DNA of 64,000 nucleotides from a virus: IMG/VR virus record IMGVR_UViG_3300020473_000023, positions 1 through 64,000 of that record. One strand, written 5' to 3'. Below the pieces are notes generated by a model. That model did not search any database. It saw only the letters and a list, made by a program, of their open reading frames with translations, and was not told the DNA's origin. Below are positions 7,730 through 18,387 of the stretch, piece by piece. The first letter of the stretch is position 1; each line of letters begins with the position of its first letter. The translations under genes and the position numbers were made by a program.

Positions 7730-9559
7730 TTACTTTAAGAGGTCAGCAAGACTAACATTTCCATCCAGGTAGGAGGCTGCTCCTCGCACCCTGTGTCTCA
7801 CGACCGACTCGTTCATGCTGAGCCCAGTTGCTGTGGCAGTGCCAGCTCCTAAAGCTGCGGTACCCCTTCCATATTTAGGTACACGTCTACCACCAGATCC
7901 GGCAGGAGCTGCACCGCCTGCGGGTGCTGGAGCGCTGCCGCCACCAGTTGGAGCTGGAGCTGTCCCCCCAGACGAACCACCAGAAGCTCGAGAGCCACCG
8001 CTTGCAGGAGCAGCAGCAGTTCCGCCGCCTCCGGCTGGTGCAGCAGCTCTACCCGTGTCTGTGGCTGTTCGACCAGTAGCAGTTACACCTGCCGGAGCTG
8101 GAACTGCAGTTCCAGCTGCTGTCAGCTCTGTTCTTGCCGTTCCGATCACAGCGAGATCATCCACAGAATTCTTAAGTTGCTGTCCCCCGGCAGCGAGAAC
8201 AAAATCATCTGAGAGGTTTTGAATTGGGACCATAGTTCCTCTTCCACCTGCCAGCCCTGTATTTACTGTTCCAAGACGTCTGACAAACTCACCGTCCGGC
8301 CCACTGGTCATTCTAAAACTTCGACCAACCTGGCCAACGCCTTCTGGTCCGCGTCGACCGACTTTGGCAATTACGGCAAATGTCTGCGTAGTTCCATCAT
8401 CAGCTGTCTGAGTAACGAACTTTCTAATTCCAAATCCTGACGGATTGGTGAGTGTGACTGTCCTTCCTGCAGCATTTTTAACTGTGAGCTCTGTCATTTC
8501 AGTCGCAGCTTTTCCGACAACCTGAGAGTTCATAGCCTTAAGTGTGGCTCCTTCTGCCCTGGCGATCCTAGTCGCAACCACAGCTACATCATCCGTCGCG
8601 CTAACACCGAACTTAGAAAGGTTTCTAACACTCTGTCTAGAGATAATGGTGTTAATTGCAGTAGAGGCTCTCTGAACCGCAAGACCGAGCATTCTTCTAA
8701 CTGCGTCAATTCCCCTCTGAAGAGCAGTGGCCATCTTACTCATCATGGTTGGCGCTCCACCCTTTGCTTGGATTCTAGCCGCGTATTGACCTGCCTTGTC
8801 AACTGGGAGGGCTTTCCACATCTTCATCACCCATTCCCAAACAGTTCCTCCGGGCTTGAACTGCTTGGTAAGGGGAGTGATCACTTCGACAACTTTCTGG
8901 CCGATCTTCTTAATCGGGCCCCATCTCATGATTCTTGCAACTGCCTTTCCTGCAAGACCCTTAGCTTTATTTACTTCCTTCCCTAGCCAGAAGATGGGGC
9001 CGGCTGTTAGGCCAAGGGCATCACCAACAGCTGGAATTGCCATAACCATAAATACAGCTGACATGAGAAGTTCAAAGTTGCTAGTAGACTTAAGAAACAT
9101 GTCAAGAGAGTTGACAATATCTATAACAGCTCCGGAGCCTGGGGCAACTAAGTCCGCGCCCATTCCCACAAAAGGTATGATCAGGTTGATCCACTTATTT
9201 TCAACACCAAAGACACCTTGTGCCCTGATCGGCTCCATTCCCTGGGAAGCTGCAGCATCGACATCAGCATCAGTGGGCGGAGTAACTGCAACAGCCTGTT
9301 CTCTTAGAAGCTTTTCAAGATTAGGAAACTCAGATTCAAAAAGCATATCAGCTTCTTCATTAAGCCTCTCAATCTCCAGCTTTATCTCAGAAAGTCTCGT
9401 AAAAGAAGTTCCAAAGTTATCTTTGTAGTATTTATCTAGATGCTCACGAATGGTATCACGGGCCACAAGCTCTAGAGAAACTCTTCTTCTTGCCTCAGCC
9501 TGGACAAGTGTTTTGGTAACCTCATAGGATATTATTGCTCGAGGAGATGTAAGTTGCAT
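7730..9559 (-). CDS. Large putative virion/ejection protein with a pre-toxin-TG-like hydrophobic segment and a Gly/Ala/Pro linker
   Basis: 609 aa; DIVNSL...AIPAVGDA segment; many L/I-x-E sites in the first 90 aa; ATATTTA at 9595-9601. Confidence 0.6.
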   Translation of the reverse strand: MQLTSPRAIISYEVTKTLVQAEARRRVSLELVARDTIREHLDKYYKDNFGTSFTRLSEIKLEIERLNEEADMLFESEFPNLEKLLREQAVAVTPPTDADVDAAASQGMEPIRAQGVFGVENKWINLIIPFVGMGADLVAPGSGAVIDIVNSLDMFLKSTSNFELLMSAVFMVMAIPAVGDALGLTAGPIFWLGKEVNKAKGLAGKAVARIMRWGPIKKIGQKVVEVITPLTKQFKPGGTVWEWVMKMWKALPVDKAGQYAARIQAKGGAPTMMSKMATALQRGIDAVRRMLGLAVQRASTAINTIISRQSVRNLSKFGVSATDDVAVVATRIARAEGATLKAMNSQVVGKAATEMTELTVKNAAGRTVTLTNPSGFGIRKFVTQTADDGTTQTFAVIAKVGRRGPEGVGQVGRSFRMTSGPDGEFVRRLGTVNTGLAGGRGTMVPIQNLSDDFVLAAGGQQLKNSVDDLAVIGTARTELTAAGTAVPAPAGVTATGRTATDTGRAAAPAGGGGTAAAPASGGSRASGGSSGGTAPAPTGGGSAPAPAGGAAPAGSGGRRVPKYGRGTAALGAGTATATGLSMNESVVRHRVRGAASYLDGNVSLADLLK

Positions 9560-9621
9560 TATAGACTTCTCGTAACTTTATTTGATCGACATTATAAATA
9601 TATCGCTCAGAAGACAATAGC

Positions 9622-10410
9622 CTATAGAGCAGTTCTTATAATTCTTCTAATATTCCTTCTAGTCCTGCGGTCCGAAATGTCAGCAAGATTTGAGATTCCT
9701 CGGAGTATTTCTACCTCATCAATCATGTGAGCAGGCGTCACCCAGATAATGTCCTCAATTACCTGTGGGACAAATGCCCTCTCAACAGAAACGCCCCACA
9801 AGATTCCTACAAACCTTCCCCTGTCGTCATACACCCCGGAACCTGAACATCCGAACCATCCGTATGTGTGGAGCATGACAACAGGACCGTTCGGAACTGT
9901 GTGCTCATATCCGGCAACTGTTCCTCTGATTGACATCAAGTTTAAATCTGAAGGGTAGCCAGAATATAGTGTAGTTGTTCCAATAGATGCGCTTATATCA
10001 AGAGGTCTATATCTCATCGGAGACTGTCCCTCAATAGGCTCAACTAAAATTGCTGCAACGTCAATGTCCCTGTCTTGATAGACTAGTCTTCCAACTGTTC
10101 TTGAATCACCTCTGCCAACTATCTCATAGGGGTCTCCAAGAGCTCCCTCTGTAACGTGAGCAGCTGTTAGAATAAGGTGAAATCCTCGATACTTGATGTA
10201 TGTCCCAGATCCATGACCTCCTCCCGCAAGGACCTTCACAGCAGAGTCTCGAATTCTTCTCTCAGTGCTCCTAAGTGATGCTACATCTTGAACACCCGCG
10301 GAGGAAATGCTGGCATCATTAATAAGATGTGCCTCTGTGACCTCATCAGCGGCAAAAGAACTTAGGCAAAAAGCCCAAAACAATAAAGCAACCCTAAAAA
10401 TAAATTTCAC
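9622..10410 (-). CDS. Secreted trypsin-like serine protease
   Basis: Signal peptide; LTAAHV, DVA, GCSGSG catalytic triad motifs. Confidence 0.9.
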   Translation of the reverse strand: MKFIFRVALLFWAFCLSSFAADEVTEAHLINDASISSAGVQDVASLRSTERRIRDSAVKVLAGGGHGSGTYIKYRGFHLILTAAHVTEGALGDPYEIVGRGDSRTVGRLVYQDRDIDVAAILVEPIEGQSPMRYRPLDISASIGTTTLYSGYPSDLNLMSIRGTVAGYEHTVPNGPVVMLHTYGWFGCSGSGVYDDRGRFVGILWGVSVERAFVPQVIEDIIWVTPAHMIDEVEILRGISNLADISDRRTRRNIRRIIRTAL

Positions 10411-10691
10411 ACGACACCTCCTTGGGATTCACCCCTAAAAATAACTAATCATCTAAGTCTCTTTCTCTACTCTTTTTGGACAATGAATGACCAAGTTTAC
10501 AAAACAACATCATGGCAAGATGCCAGATCATCATTCCCGGATCTTTGTACACCAGGAAGACAAAGAAGCAGAAGATATTAATGAATATGAAGACAGTCCA
10601 CACGTACGGTGGTATAAATTTAGTAGGATCCCACCTGTCAGGCAACTCAAACCTCGTTGATTAATTTAATCTACTGTAATACGTATTTTAT

Positions 10692-11261
10692 GTGAAAGGC
10701 TTCAACCATACCTTTAAGCTTTTATTAGTAGCTATGATGATTATAGCTGGCTCAATCCCATTGATGGCTGAGGCTTCTACAAGAAACAGGTTTAGACAGC
10801 GTCCAGTTGAGGATACTGTTCAGATCAGAAGAATCCCGATCCAAAACGGATCCTGGCAGATGACTCCAACGGTCGTAATATGCAATTCGTCAATAGCTGA
10901 CATCCACGATGTTGAATCAGCAGTCGAGTGGTGGAGAGAGAGGGGCCATATGATTGGACAGGTAATTGTCAATGATTCGGGACAGGTTTGTCATCAAGCC
11001 GGAAGAGATGGATTTATTACAATTGAAGGTCCCGATGCTAAGTTCGACTTTGACTTTCTTGCAATCACACACAGAAAATCCTCGCGAGACGAAATATTGT
11101 CTGCGAGGATTCAACTAAGAGGTTCGAGTGAGAGAAGTAGAGTTCTAGAACATGAAATTGGCCATGCTCTAGGATGGAGTCACTGCAACAGGCGTGGTCA
11201 CATTATGAATCCAGAGTGGTCAAGAGGCGGTTGGAATGACTCTGGCCTCGAGAAACAATAG
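10692..11261 (+). CDS. Secreted matrixin-like zinc metalloprotease
   Basis: Signal peptide; HEIGHALGWSH plus Met-turn (IMNP). Confidence 0.9.
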   Translation: MKGFNHTFKLLLVAMMIIAGSIPLMAEASTRNRFRQRPVEDTVQIRRIPIQNGSWQMTPTVVICNSSIADIHDVESAVEWWRERGHMIGQVIVNDSGQVCHQAGRDGFITIEGPDAKFDFDFLAITHRKSSRDEILSARIQLRGSSERSRVLEHEIGHALGWSHCNRRGHIMNPEWSRGGWNDSGLEKQ

Positions 11262-11642
11262 CAGCTAAGACACTGCTTCCTGAATTTCATGGGACTTAGA
11301 TTCAAGAATGTGTGAAACCATCATCTGAATATGACCTGAGTCCTGAAGACTTCGATGGACCTGGGAGACAGAATCTACTGACCATCTAACAGATATCTCA
11401 TTCCACATTAAAACCATAGATTCAACTTTAGCCCCTCTCATTTCAAGGAGAACCCTGCTGATTTCATCCTCAGATGCAATGTGCTTATCCTTCATTTCAC
11501 GACACCAGCGCCACATGGCCAGAAAGAATTGAGCCCTTTCCATACATTGCTTCAATCATTGCCTTGGCAGCCATTTGATCTGGAGCTTGAACGGTAATGG
11601 TTACTTGACCAGATGGGAAGCTAATTAGTGCCTTCCAAGTTT

Positions 11643-11837
11643 TCATTTTTTCTCCTCTTGATTTTCAGAAACTTCATCCTGAACATTGTTGTTAATTCTC
11701 TTTTCAGAAAGCTTTGCATTCGCTTCAGCTGACTTGCCTGTGGAGACTCCGTAGCAGATATCAGTCCCTTTTACAAAGAGTCCCCACTTTTCTTTGGAGA
11801 TCTTTCTTGCTTCGTAGATCATTTTCTTCTTTGCCAT
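11643..11837 (-). CDS. Small basic hypothetical protein
   Basis: AGGAGG SD and class-E promoter upstream. Confidence 0.7.
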   Translation of the reverse strand: MAKKKMIYEARKISKEKWGLFVKGTDICYGVSTGKSAEANAKLSEKRINNNVQDEVSENQEEKK

Positions 11838-11854
11838 TAATTCCTCCTGATAAT

Positions 11855-11883
11855 ATTATACCATGAGAAGGTATGAATTACAC
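11855..11883 (-). promoter_or_regulatory. Class-E promoter GTGTAA-N17-TATAAT
   Basis: Exact consensus and spacing. Confidence 0.75.
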
Positions 11884-12903
11884 GCGATTGATATGCGTAG
11901 AGCTTTCAACTGAACCTGCTGAGGTTTGTCTAATGAAGCTAGAAGCTGCTTGCAGCTCAGCAATACTACGGGCACCTGTGTATGACATTCCACTTCTAAC
12001 ACCCGTCATAATTTCACTAATGATATCTTTGACATCTCCCTTTAGGGGAACTGTCGATGAAACACCTTCGATAGACGCTGTATGTCCCCTCCATTGAATT
12101 TGTGCGTCCTTGCTTGCCATTCCCCTATATGCTTTGCAGCGACCTCCATCAAGATAGATGATCTCACCAGGAGTCTCTGTTGCTCCTGCAAGCATTGATC
12201 CAAGCATAACCATATCAGCACCGGCAGCAAGAGCTTTGACAATATCTCCAGAATTCTTGATACCGCCGTCTGCAATTAGAAGTGAATCCCTATCAGTTTG
12301 AGAGCAATCCATGATAGACTGAAGGGTTGGGATACCGTGTCCGGTTTGAATTCTTGTAGAGCAGATCGAACCTCCTCCGACACCGACTCTAATTGAATCT
12401 GCTCCCCAGTCTGACAAATCATTGAATGCTTCAAGAGTTGCAACGTTTCCTGCCATTATGTGAACTTTATCTGCAAAAATCTTGCGCAGCTCCTGGATGG
12501 CAGACTTCATTAAGATGTGGTGACCGTGAGCGATATCGACACAAATGACTCTAGCACCTGCCTCTGACGCAGAAATTGCCCTATCAAGATAATCTCCAGA
12601 AACTCCAACAGCTACTCCGACCAGCCCGGTTATTGACTGCCTAAGAGTTTCTGAAACTAGAGACGACTGCCTCTCAATTGTGTTGTATCTGTGAATAATT
12701 CCAAGGCCTCCACAATCAATCATAGCACCAGCCATTGAGCTTTCAGTCACAGTATCCATTGGACTAGATACGATAGGGATCCCTAGTGTCGATGCACTGC
12801 TAAGCTTAACGTTTGTATTGACCTCTTTTCTAGATCGAATATCACTATACTGCGGCTTGAGAAGGACATCATCAAAGCAAAGACCCTGTTTAATTTTATT
12901 CAA
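11878..12903 (-). CDS. guaB: IMP dehydrogenase / GMP reductase family protein lacking CBS domains
   Basis: [38 protein letters not shown] motifs. Confidence 0.85.
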   Translation of the reverse strand: MNKIKQGLCFDDVLLKPQYSDIRSRKEVNTNVKLSSASTLGIPIVSSPMDTVTESSMAGAMIDCGGLGIIHRYNTIERQSSLVSETLRQSITGLVGVAVGVSGDYLDRAISASEAGARVICVDIAHGHHILMKSAIQELRKIFADKVHIMAGNVATLEAFNDLSDWGADSIRVGVGGGSICSTRIQTGHGIPTLQSIMDCSQTDRDSLLIADGGIKNSGDIVKALAAGADMVMLGSMLAGATETPGEIIYLDGGRCKAYRGMASKDAQIQWRGHTASIEGVSSTVPLKGDVKDIISEIMTGVRSGMSYTGARSIAELQAASSFIRQTSAGSVESSTHINRV

Positions 12904-13519
12904 CTTTATTCTCCCAATTTTTCTTGTAGTCTTTCTTGACTTTTTTCTTAATAACTTTTCTTAGCCCTGGGTTGACTCTAAGGCACTGCGGAACAATTGA
13001 ATGACGAATAATTGATCTCATAAATTTTTCATCATAGTTGCCAGGATCAGTAAGATATTCAACTTTATTTTTCTCACACCATCTAATGAATGATGCCTTT
13101 GGCGTCGTCAAAAAGGGTCTGATTACATTGCCCCTTCTATACGGAATCAATCTTGTGTTCCCATGGAGAGAGGTGAACAAATACCACTCAAGGCAGTCAT
13201 CAAGATGATGGCCGGTCACAATATCACCTGGTATGCAGTCAAGCCACGCATACCTCTCATCTCTCCAGTGTTCTTCAAGAGACTTATCTATCGGCTTAGA
13301 AGGAAAAATTGAACCAATTATAACAGGAACTTTCTTCTTCTTGCACCAGTCAACGATAAACTCTCTCGCTTGGGTCCCGTGAGATGTTCCGTGATTAAAA
13401 TATGCAACAGTTACATTCTTCTTTCCCTTTATTAGAAAGTCGACGATGGCCATTGAGTCTGGACCGCCGCTGCATGCAACTGTAATATCATTCGGAATCT
13501 TTCCAAGAATGCGAATCAT
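12896..13519 (-). CDS. tilS: tRNA(Ile)-lysidine synthetase, minimal form
   Basis: SGGPDS PP-loop, GHHLDD, IRPFL, DPGN, R..IR; start moved to ATG 13519 downstream of the promoter and SD. Confidence 0.85.
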   Translation of the reverse strand: MIRILGKIPNDITVACSGGPDSMAIVDFLIKGKKNVTVAYFNHGTSHGTQAREFIVDWCKKKKVPVIIGSIFPSKPIDKSLEEHWRDERYAWLDCIPGDIVTGHHLDDCLEWYLFTSLHGNTRLIPYRRGNVIRPFLTTPKASFIRWCEKNKVEYLTDPGNYDEKFMRSIIRHSIVPQCLRVNPGLRKVIKKKVKKDYKKNWENKVE

Positions 13520-13535
13520 TTTTTCCTCATGGTAT

Positions 13536-13564
13536 ATCATACCACAACAGTACTCGATTTACAC
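13536..13564 (-). promoter_or_regulatory. Class-E promoter GTGTAA-N17-TATGAT
   Basis: Exact spacing, one mismatch in the -10. Confidence 0.7.
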
Positions 13565-13798
13565 GTCTTGATCTTTTGTGCTAATTAGAACTAGTTCAAA
13601 GTTTCCGTACATATAGCAGGCACCACTAACATAAACGTGAAAATACCTTTCAATGTACATTCCCCCATCGTCTTCGCTGAATACGGAAAAAGAAGAGTCT
13701 ACAGGAACAGAATCAGCTTCCTCAACTAAAATTCCAAGCTTTCCGCACATGCTATCTCTCATATCTGTGCTAACTTTAACAAGATCGCCTGGCTTCAT
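13559..13798 (-). CDS. Small GDLV-family protein
   Basis: MKPGDLVKV...LGILV...LVLIS. Confidence 0.7.
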   Translation of the reverse strand: MKPGDLVKVSTDMRDSMCGKLGILVEEADSVPVDSSFSVFSEDDGGMYIERYFHVYVSGACYMYGNFELVLISTKDQDV

Positions 13799-14785
13799 TT
13801 TTTAATTTAACTTTCTTGATCAACCATCTTTAATTTAAGAATTTGATCTGTTCCGTCTATTCCTTGATATTTTATCTCTTCGTCATGCTCTTCGTCAAGA
13901 GTTTGTCTATATAACCCGTCTAAAACAACCTCCTCTCCTTGCTTGACTTCATTTGTATCTCTATTTCTATAGACAGTTTTCTCCACCTTTCTAAAAAACC
14001 CATCTTCATCTCTGATAAATGAAAATATCTTTTCTTCCTTAACATCAAGCACAAGGCTTCTTATTTGCTTCATCTAATTGTAACCTACCTCAATTACTTC
14101 ATCATTGTTGACCACGAGAATCAGCCCATGAGACATGACAAGGCTCTTCTCACAATCATATTCAGACAATAAAACAATTTCTGAACCCCTAAGTGCCCTG
14201 GCCATTTGCCTTGTTTGTGGGTTCCAGAACCATCCGTAACCACTTCCGCTAAGAATGCACTGGGGAACATTGTCTTCTGATGCTGAAGACAATAGAAGCT
14301 GATCTACTATCTCTTGAACTTCATCAGATTCCTCTATGATTGTATTCATCGGTTTTATTCTCCGGATATAGTCTAACTATATCGATTGAAAAAGTTAACG
14401 TCATCGATGTACAAACAGCATCCCGGGCTTAGGGTGAACTTGTATTGAATTTCCCTGAAGATATGACAGAAATTGATTGTCTGTTACGCCGATGTTTTCA
14501 ATCTGGCCCGGGAAGATTATAGTAAACTTATCTCCAGGACTCCTCTTAATCCTAACTTGTCGAAGAGCTCTGTTTCCATTTTTCCCTCTACAAAAAACGG
14601 GCTGATATTCTATTTGAGCCGGCTCAAGACTGCTATACGGAACTTCAAGGACGTCACAAAGAAACCTCTCAATGGCTCTTTTAGTGACCTTCTTAACAAG
14701 GTCTGTGCCACTTAGGGTCGCTACTTTCTTTCCAGCTCTTCTAATTGTAATAGGAATTTTAGATCTCGCAATTGGATAAAAATAA

Positions 14786-15022
14786 CTATAAGTCACTCAT
14801 GCAAGATAACGGCTTCAAATATACATCAGTTAAAAAAACAACTCTAGAGAAAGCAGGGGACATGACACCGTACTTTAAAAGTCTAACCCTCCTGTCAGGG
14901 TCAAACGTTCTTTCACTAGTATGTGTTCTTTCAACTATGATCCCTACGGAATCAAGTGAGACACGCTTTCCCATATGGTTGGGGACATGAATATGTACGA
15001 CGTCACCAACACTATACTGCAC
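14786..15022 (-). CDS. Small GDLV-family protein
   Basis: YSVGDVV...VGIIV...LKPLS. Confidence 0.65.
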   Translation of the reverse strand: MQYSVGDVVHIHVPNHMGKRVSLDSVGIIVERTHTSERTFDPDRRVRLLKYGVMSPAFSRVVFLTDVYLKPLSCMSDL

Positions 15023-15248
15023 TACATCTTCCTATAGGTACCTGTTCTCGGATCTATCCTAATAACATTGCTATGCTGAGAGTGTTCTTCATCCTCTTCT
15101 CTTTCCCAGCCTCCTGGCGGGACACTGTCAAGAAGTGCTTGGACTCTTCTATTTAATTGACGCCTCTGGGCACGTGCCATCACAAATATACAGATAAAGA
15201 TGGCAAATACTATCCAAGTAACTATGAACAGTGGGATAAAATTGCTGA

Positions 15249-15458
15249 TCATCCTCTACTATCTCTCTTAAACATTTTAAAGAGGTTCCTAAACTTTTTG
15301 CCAGGGACACTATTGTAAACCTCTTCAGTATCGATATCGCTCCTTTCACAGATCTCAGCAAGAGCTCTTGCAACCTCTTCTGTAATGTCGTCGATTTCAA
15401 TATTCATTTCATGAGTGATTTCATCAAATGATGTAATTGGCTTCGCTACCTTTTTCAT
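15249..15458 (-). CDS. Hypothetical protein
   Basis: True start MKKVAKP after GGGGAG SD; the longer track ORF overlaps a tRNA. Confidence 0.6.
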   Translation of the reverse strand: MKKVAKPITSFDEITHEMNIEIDDITEEVARALAEICERSDIDTEEVYNSVPGKKFRNLFKMFKRDSRG

Positions 15459-15476
15459 ATTCTCCCCCTTCTGATC

Positions 15477-15553
15477 TGGCTCCCCCTGTTGGACTTGAAC
15501 CAACGACACCCGGATTAACAGTCCGGTGCTCTAACCAGCTGAGCTAAGGGGGA
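15477..15553 (-). tRNA. tRNA-Asn (GUU)
   Basis: CCGGA-CTGTTAA-TCCGG anticodon arm, CCA end. Confidence 0.97.
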
Positions 15554-15600
15554 ATACATACATCTAAAATAATACTAATGGATGAGCCCAATGTTTAAGC

Positions 15601-16875
15601 TCACCTCTCCATCTTAATAACCACATCCCCTTTTGGCGGGTCAAAGGCTAGAGATCTTCCGGGAACAATTACCCAGGCCCGTCTTAGACGGCTTGGGCCT
15701 GGGCTAGAGCACTCACCGTCTGTCAAGACAATGTATCCATCAAACTTTCCAGCATTTTCTCGTGCGTGCCTGGCGACGGCATTAAAGCTAGTCCCACCGT
15801 ACCTGTGTCGAACAGGTGGGATATTTTGCCCCCTTCTCCATTCAATAGAGTTCTTCTCATCAACTTCAGTATCAAAGGGAAAGAGTGTAAAGTTGATCTT
15901 CTTTCCAAGGTTGTTAAGCTCTGCAAAGAGAAGTTCAATGCTATCAGATCCAACAGAACCAGATTGATCCATGTAGACGGCAATGTTTGCACTATGACCC
16001 CGTCGGATACCAGAGTGAATGTAGGGATACTTTCTATTAATCCTCTTCATAGTTCTACTCTTGTTCATCCGCTGGCTCCTTCCACAGAAGCTCTTAAGCA
16101 AAGTAGACCAGGGAATTGTATTGGAGACCATCTTTCTAAGATCCTCTCGAACAGATCCGGGAACAGATCCCCACTCTCCGCTACCATCACATCGCTTGAC
16201 TGCCTCAGAGACAGCCTGCCGGATCTTGCCCTCTACGATCTGACGATCTTCGTCGGACATCTCATCCCACTCGCCGTGGTCATCAATCATTACCTCAATG
16301 CCATCTCCTTGGCCCTGAATGGCTTCAGAGATCTCTTGGTCCTCCTGAAGCTTTCCAAAGTACCACTCGCTTGCCATCCCCTTGGGAAGTGACTCAATCA
16401 GGTCAGAGACCTTCTTCCACTTTTCAAGCAGGGCAGGATCTTCAACCTTGCTAAGATCAAGTGCCTTTCCTGGCATAAGACCACCCTCAGGAAGCTCCTT
16501 CTCCCTGATGAGGCCGTTGATTGCAAGGTCAGTCCCCCAGTTCCAGAGAATATGTGGGTCTTTCTTTCTGGACGTTACGTGCTTGTAAATCCAGTGATAG
16601 CACTCATGCTTCATAAGCCCTCTAACTTGAATGGGCTTTAAGCTCGCAAGGAACTTCGGGTTCCAGAAGAGTGTGGGATCCTGGTCAACAACTCCGATCC
16701 CAGCGGTTGAAATATCAGCCTTTCTCTTATTGAACTTACGAAGAACATGGCTAAAGAATGGCTCGTGAAGCATTAGATTGATGAGGTGGGGATCCAGTTC
16801 AAATGATGCTGCTTCCTCATCGGAAACCTCGTCAACTGTGACAGGAACATCGGTTTCAGTAGTCTTACCTTTCAT
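15601..16875 (-). CDS. Metallopeptidase-VWA protein (DUF2201-like), MoxR partner
   Basis: HECYH zinc motif; DQSGS MIDAS, GGTSF and LTDG. Confidence 0.88.
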   Translation of the reverse strand: MKGKTTETDVPVTVDEVSDEEAASFELDPHLINLMLHEPFFSHVLRKFNKRKADISTAGIGVVDQDPTLFWNPKFLASLKPIQVRGLMKHECYHWIYKHVTSRKKDPHILWNWGTDLAINGLIREKELPEGGLMPGKALDLSKVEDPALLEKWKKVSDLIESLPKGMASEWYFGKLQEDQEISEAIQGQGDGIEVMIDDHGEWDEMSDEDRQIVEGKIRQAVSEAVKRCDGSGEWGSVPGSVREDLRKMVSNTIPWSTLLKSFCGRSQRMNKSRTMKRINRKYPYIHSGIRRGHSANIAVYMDQSGSVGSDSIELLFAELNNLGKKINFTLFPFDTEVDEKNSIEWRRGQNIPPVRHRYGGTSFNAVARHARENAGKFDGYIVLTDGECSSPGPSRLRRAWVIVPGRSLAFDPPKGDVVIKMER

Positions 16876-16891
16876 ATTTCCTCCTACCCCT

Positions 16892-16920
16892 ATTATAACA
16901 CAATTGGGGGTTGCTTACAT
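16892..16920 (-). promoter_or_regulatory. Class-E promoter ATGTAA-N17-TATAAT; -35 box lies in the loop of a 10-bp inverted repeat (16905-16930)
   Basis: TGGGGGTTGC-ATGTAA-GCAACCCCCA. Confidence 0.75.
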
Positions 16921-16938
16921 GCAACCCCCAGTATTTAA

Positions 16939-18012
16939 CTATTGAAGATTTCGAGCTACTGTAACTGCTTCTAGAACAGCCTGACCCAAGAACTTGTGAA
17001 GACGAGTGATGTTATTAACCTCACCAGAATCCATCACGTTGTTCCAGAGAGAAACAAGCATCTCACCCGGAAGAGTCTTTGCGAATACAGAAATCCTCTT
17101 GCACTGCTCTGCTGTCCACTCATTATTCTTACAGTGCTCACTGATCTTGTCAATGATGGAATTAACCTTATCATTGCTCAGGTCACTGATCTTCTCAGAG
17201 AACTCTTCATAGCGATCAATGACGTCCTCTGCAGAGATTTGAAGATCGTAGTTCTTGACAAAATCAACAAAGGTGATTGCTGCCTCAGCTCCTACGAAAC
17301 CAAGTGACATTGCATAGAATCCAGAGGGAGTATTCCTTCCGCAGATGGAAGAGGGAGTCATCCCAGCAGACTTTAAAGAAGTATCAATCCGCTCCCAGGA
17401 GCGGGGAGATGGGTAAACCTTTCCAGGCTCAATTTGCCCGACATGTCGAAGGTGAGCGGGATGGTGGCTGATAAAGTCCACAACAACCTCGTCAATCCCA
17501 GCTGCCTTGGCCCACTCAATCCAGTCCTTATCAGTTGGCTCGAGGTCAACAACCCAGAATCGATCCAGCAATGCAGGATCCATCTCATTGACCTGATAGT
17601 CAGCGGATGCGTTAACTGCGCAGAAGATACGAGTTTCTGGGTGAAGCTTATGACCATTCAGCTCACGGTCTAGAACGAGCTGGAAAGCACACTGCATCAC
17701 TTCAGGGGTTGCCCGATTAACCTCATCAAGGAAGAGTGCAACAGGTTCCCGACAAGCTCGAAGCAGCCAGTCAACCGGTGCAAATCGAGTGACACCGTCA
17801 ACAAGCTCCGGGAGTCCGATGATATCTCCCTCAGTCATCTGTGCGAGACGTCGGTCAATAAGGTCAATCCCGGTGGAGCCGTCTTCCAGATCGATTGCTG
17901 CTGCAACCTGTCGGAAAATCTGAGACTTACCAATTCCGTGGGGACCTCTCACGAGGATTGAAACGTCAGAAGGTAGCGAGGAAGCTACGTTAACAAAAGT
18001 CTTGATGTCCAT
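16939..18012 (-). CDS. MoxR-like AAA+ ATPase
   Basis: GPHGIGKS, LFLDEVNRA, DPALLDRF, PSPRSW. Confidence 0.9.
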   Translation of the reverse strand: MDIKTFVNVASSLPSDVSILVRGPHGIGKSQIFRQVAAAIDLEDGSTGIDLIDRRLAQMTEGDIIGLPELVDGVTRFAPVDWLLRACREPVALFLDEVNRATPEVMQCAFQLVLDRELNGHKLHPETRIFCAVNASADYQVNEMDPALLDRFWVVDLEPTDKDWIEWAKAAGIDEVVVDFISHHPAHLRHVGQIEPGKVYPSPRSWERIDTSLKSAGMTPSSICGRNTPSGFYAMSLGFVGAEAAITFVDFVKNYDLQISAEDVIDRYEEFSEKISDLSNDKVNSIIDKISEHCKNNEWTAEQCKRISVFAKTLPGEMLVSLWNNVMDSGEVNNITRLHKFLGQAVLEAVTVARNLQ

Positions 18013-18041
18013 TACATCTCCTTGGTTGTGTTTACTTTTCT

Positions 18042-18070
18042 ATTATAAAACAAAACGTGCACAGTTACAT
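18042..18070 (-). promoter_or_regulatory. Class-E promoter ATGTAA-N17-TATAAT
   Basis: Exact consensus and spacing. Confidence 0.75.
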
Positions 18071-18076
18071 GTGCTA

Positions 18077-18343
18077 TTACCACTTTTTGCTTTGAATCCT
18101 TTTAAGCTTGCCGGCATAGACTGTCTTCTTTCCAGATGATGTCATCACAGTCATCAAACCAGAGCTGCTAGGCTTGCTAACAACAAGACCCCAGATATCT
18201 GAATCTGATTCTCTAACAAGGTCACCTACTTCAAACATCCACTGCTTCTTTCTTGTAGGTCTGGAGCTAGGATGGGCGGAAGTAGATCTAGAGTTGGTAA
18301 AAGCCTTCTTTAAATCTTTCTTATACTTTTTGGGAATAGCCAT
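18077..18343 (-). CDS. GDLV-family protein with basic N-terminus
   Basis: FEVGDLVRE...WGLVV; promoter ATGTAA-N17-TACAAT at 18365-18393. Confidence 0.7.
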   Translation of the reverse strand: MAIPKKYKKDLKKAFTNSRSTSAHPSSRPTRKKQWMFEVGDLVRESDSDIWGLVVSKPSSSGLMTVMTSSGKKTVYAGKLKRIQSKKW

Positions 18344-18387
18344 TAAGCCCCTCCTTTACTATTAATTGTAACACAAACATTAGCCAA

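Noticed and set aside
7815-9428. Long plus-strand ORFs here and similar antisense ORFs throughout the track
   Set aside because: They are shadows of minus-strand genes, with no SD, motifs or independent space
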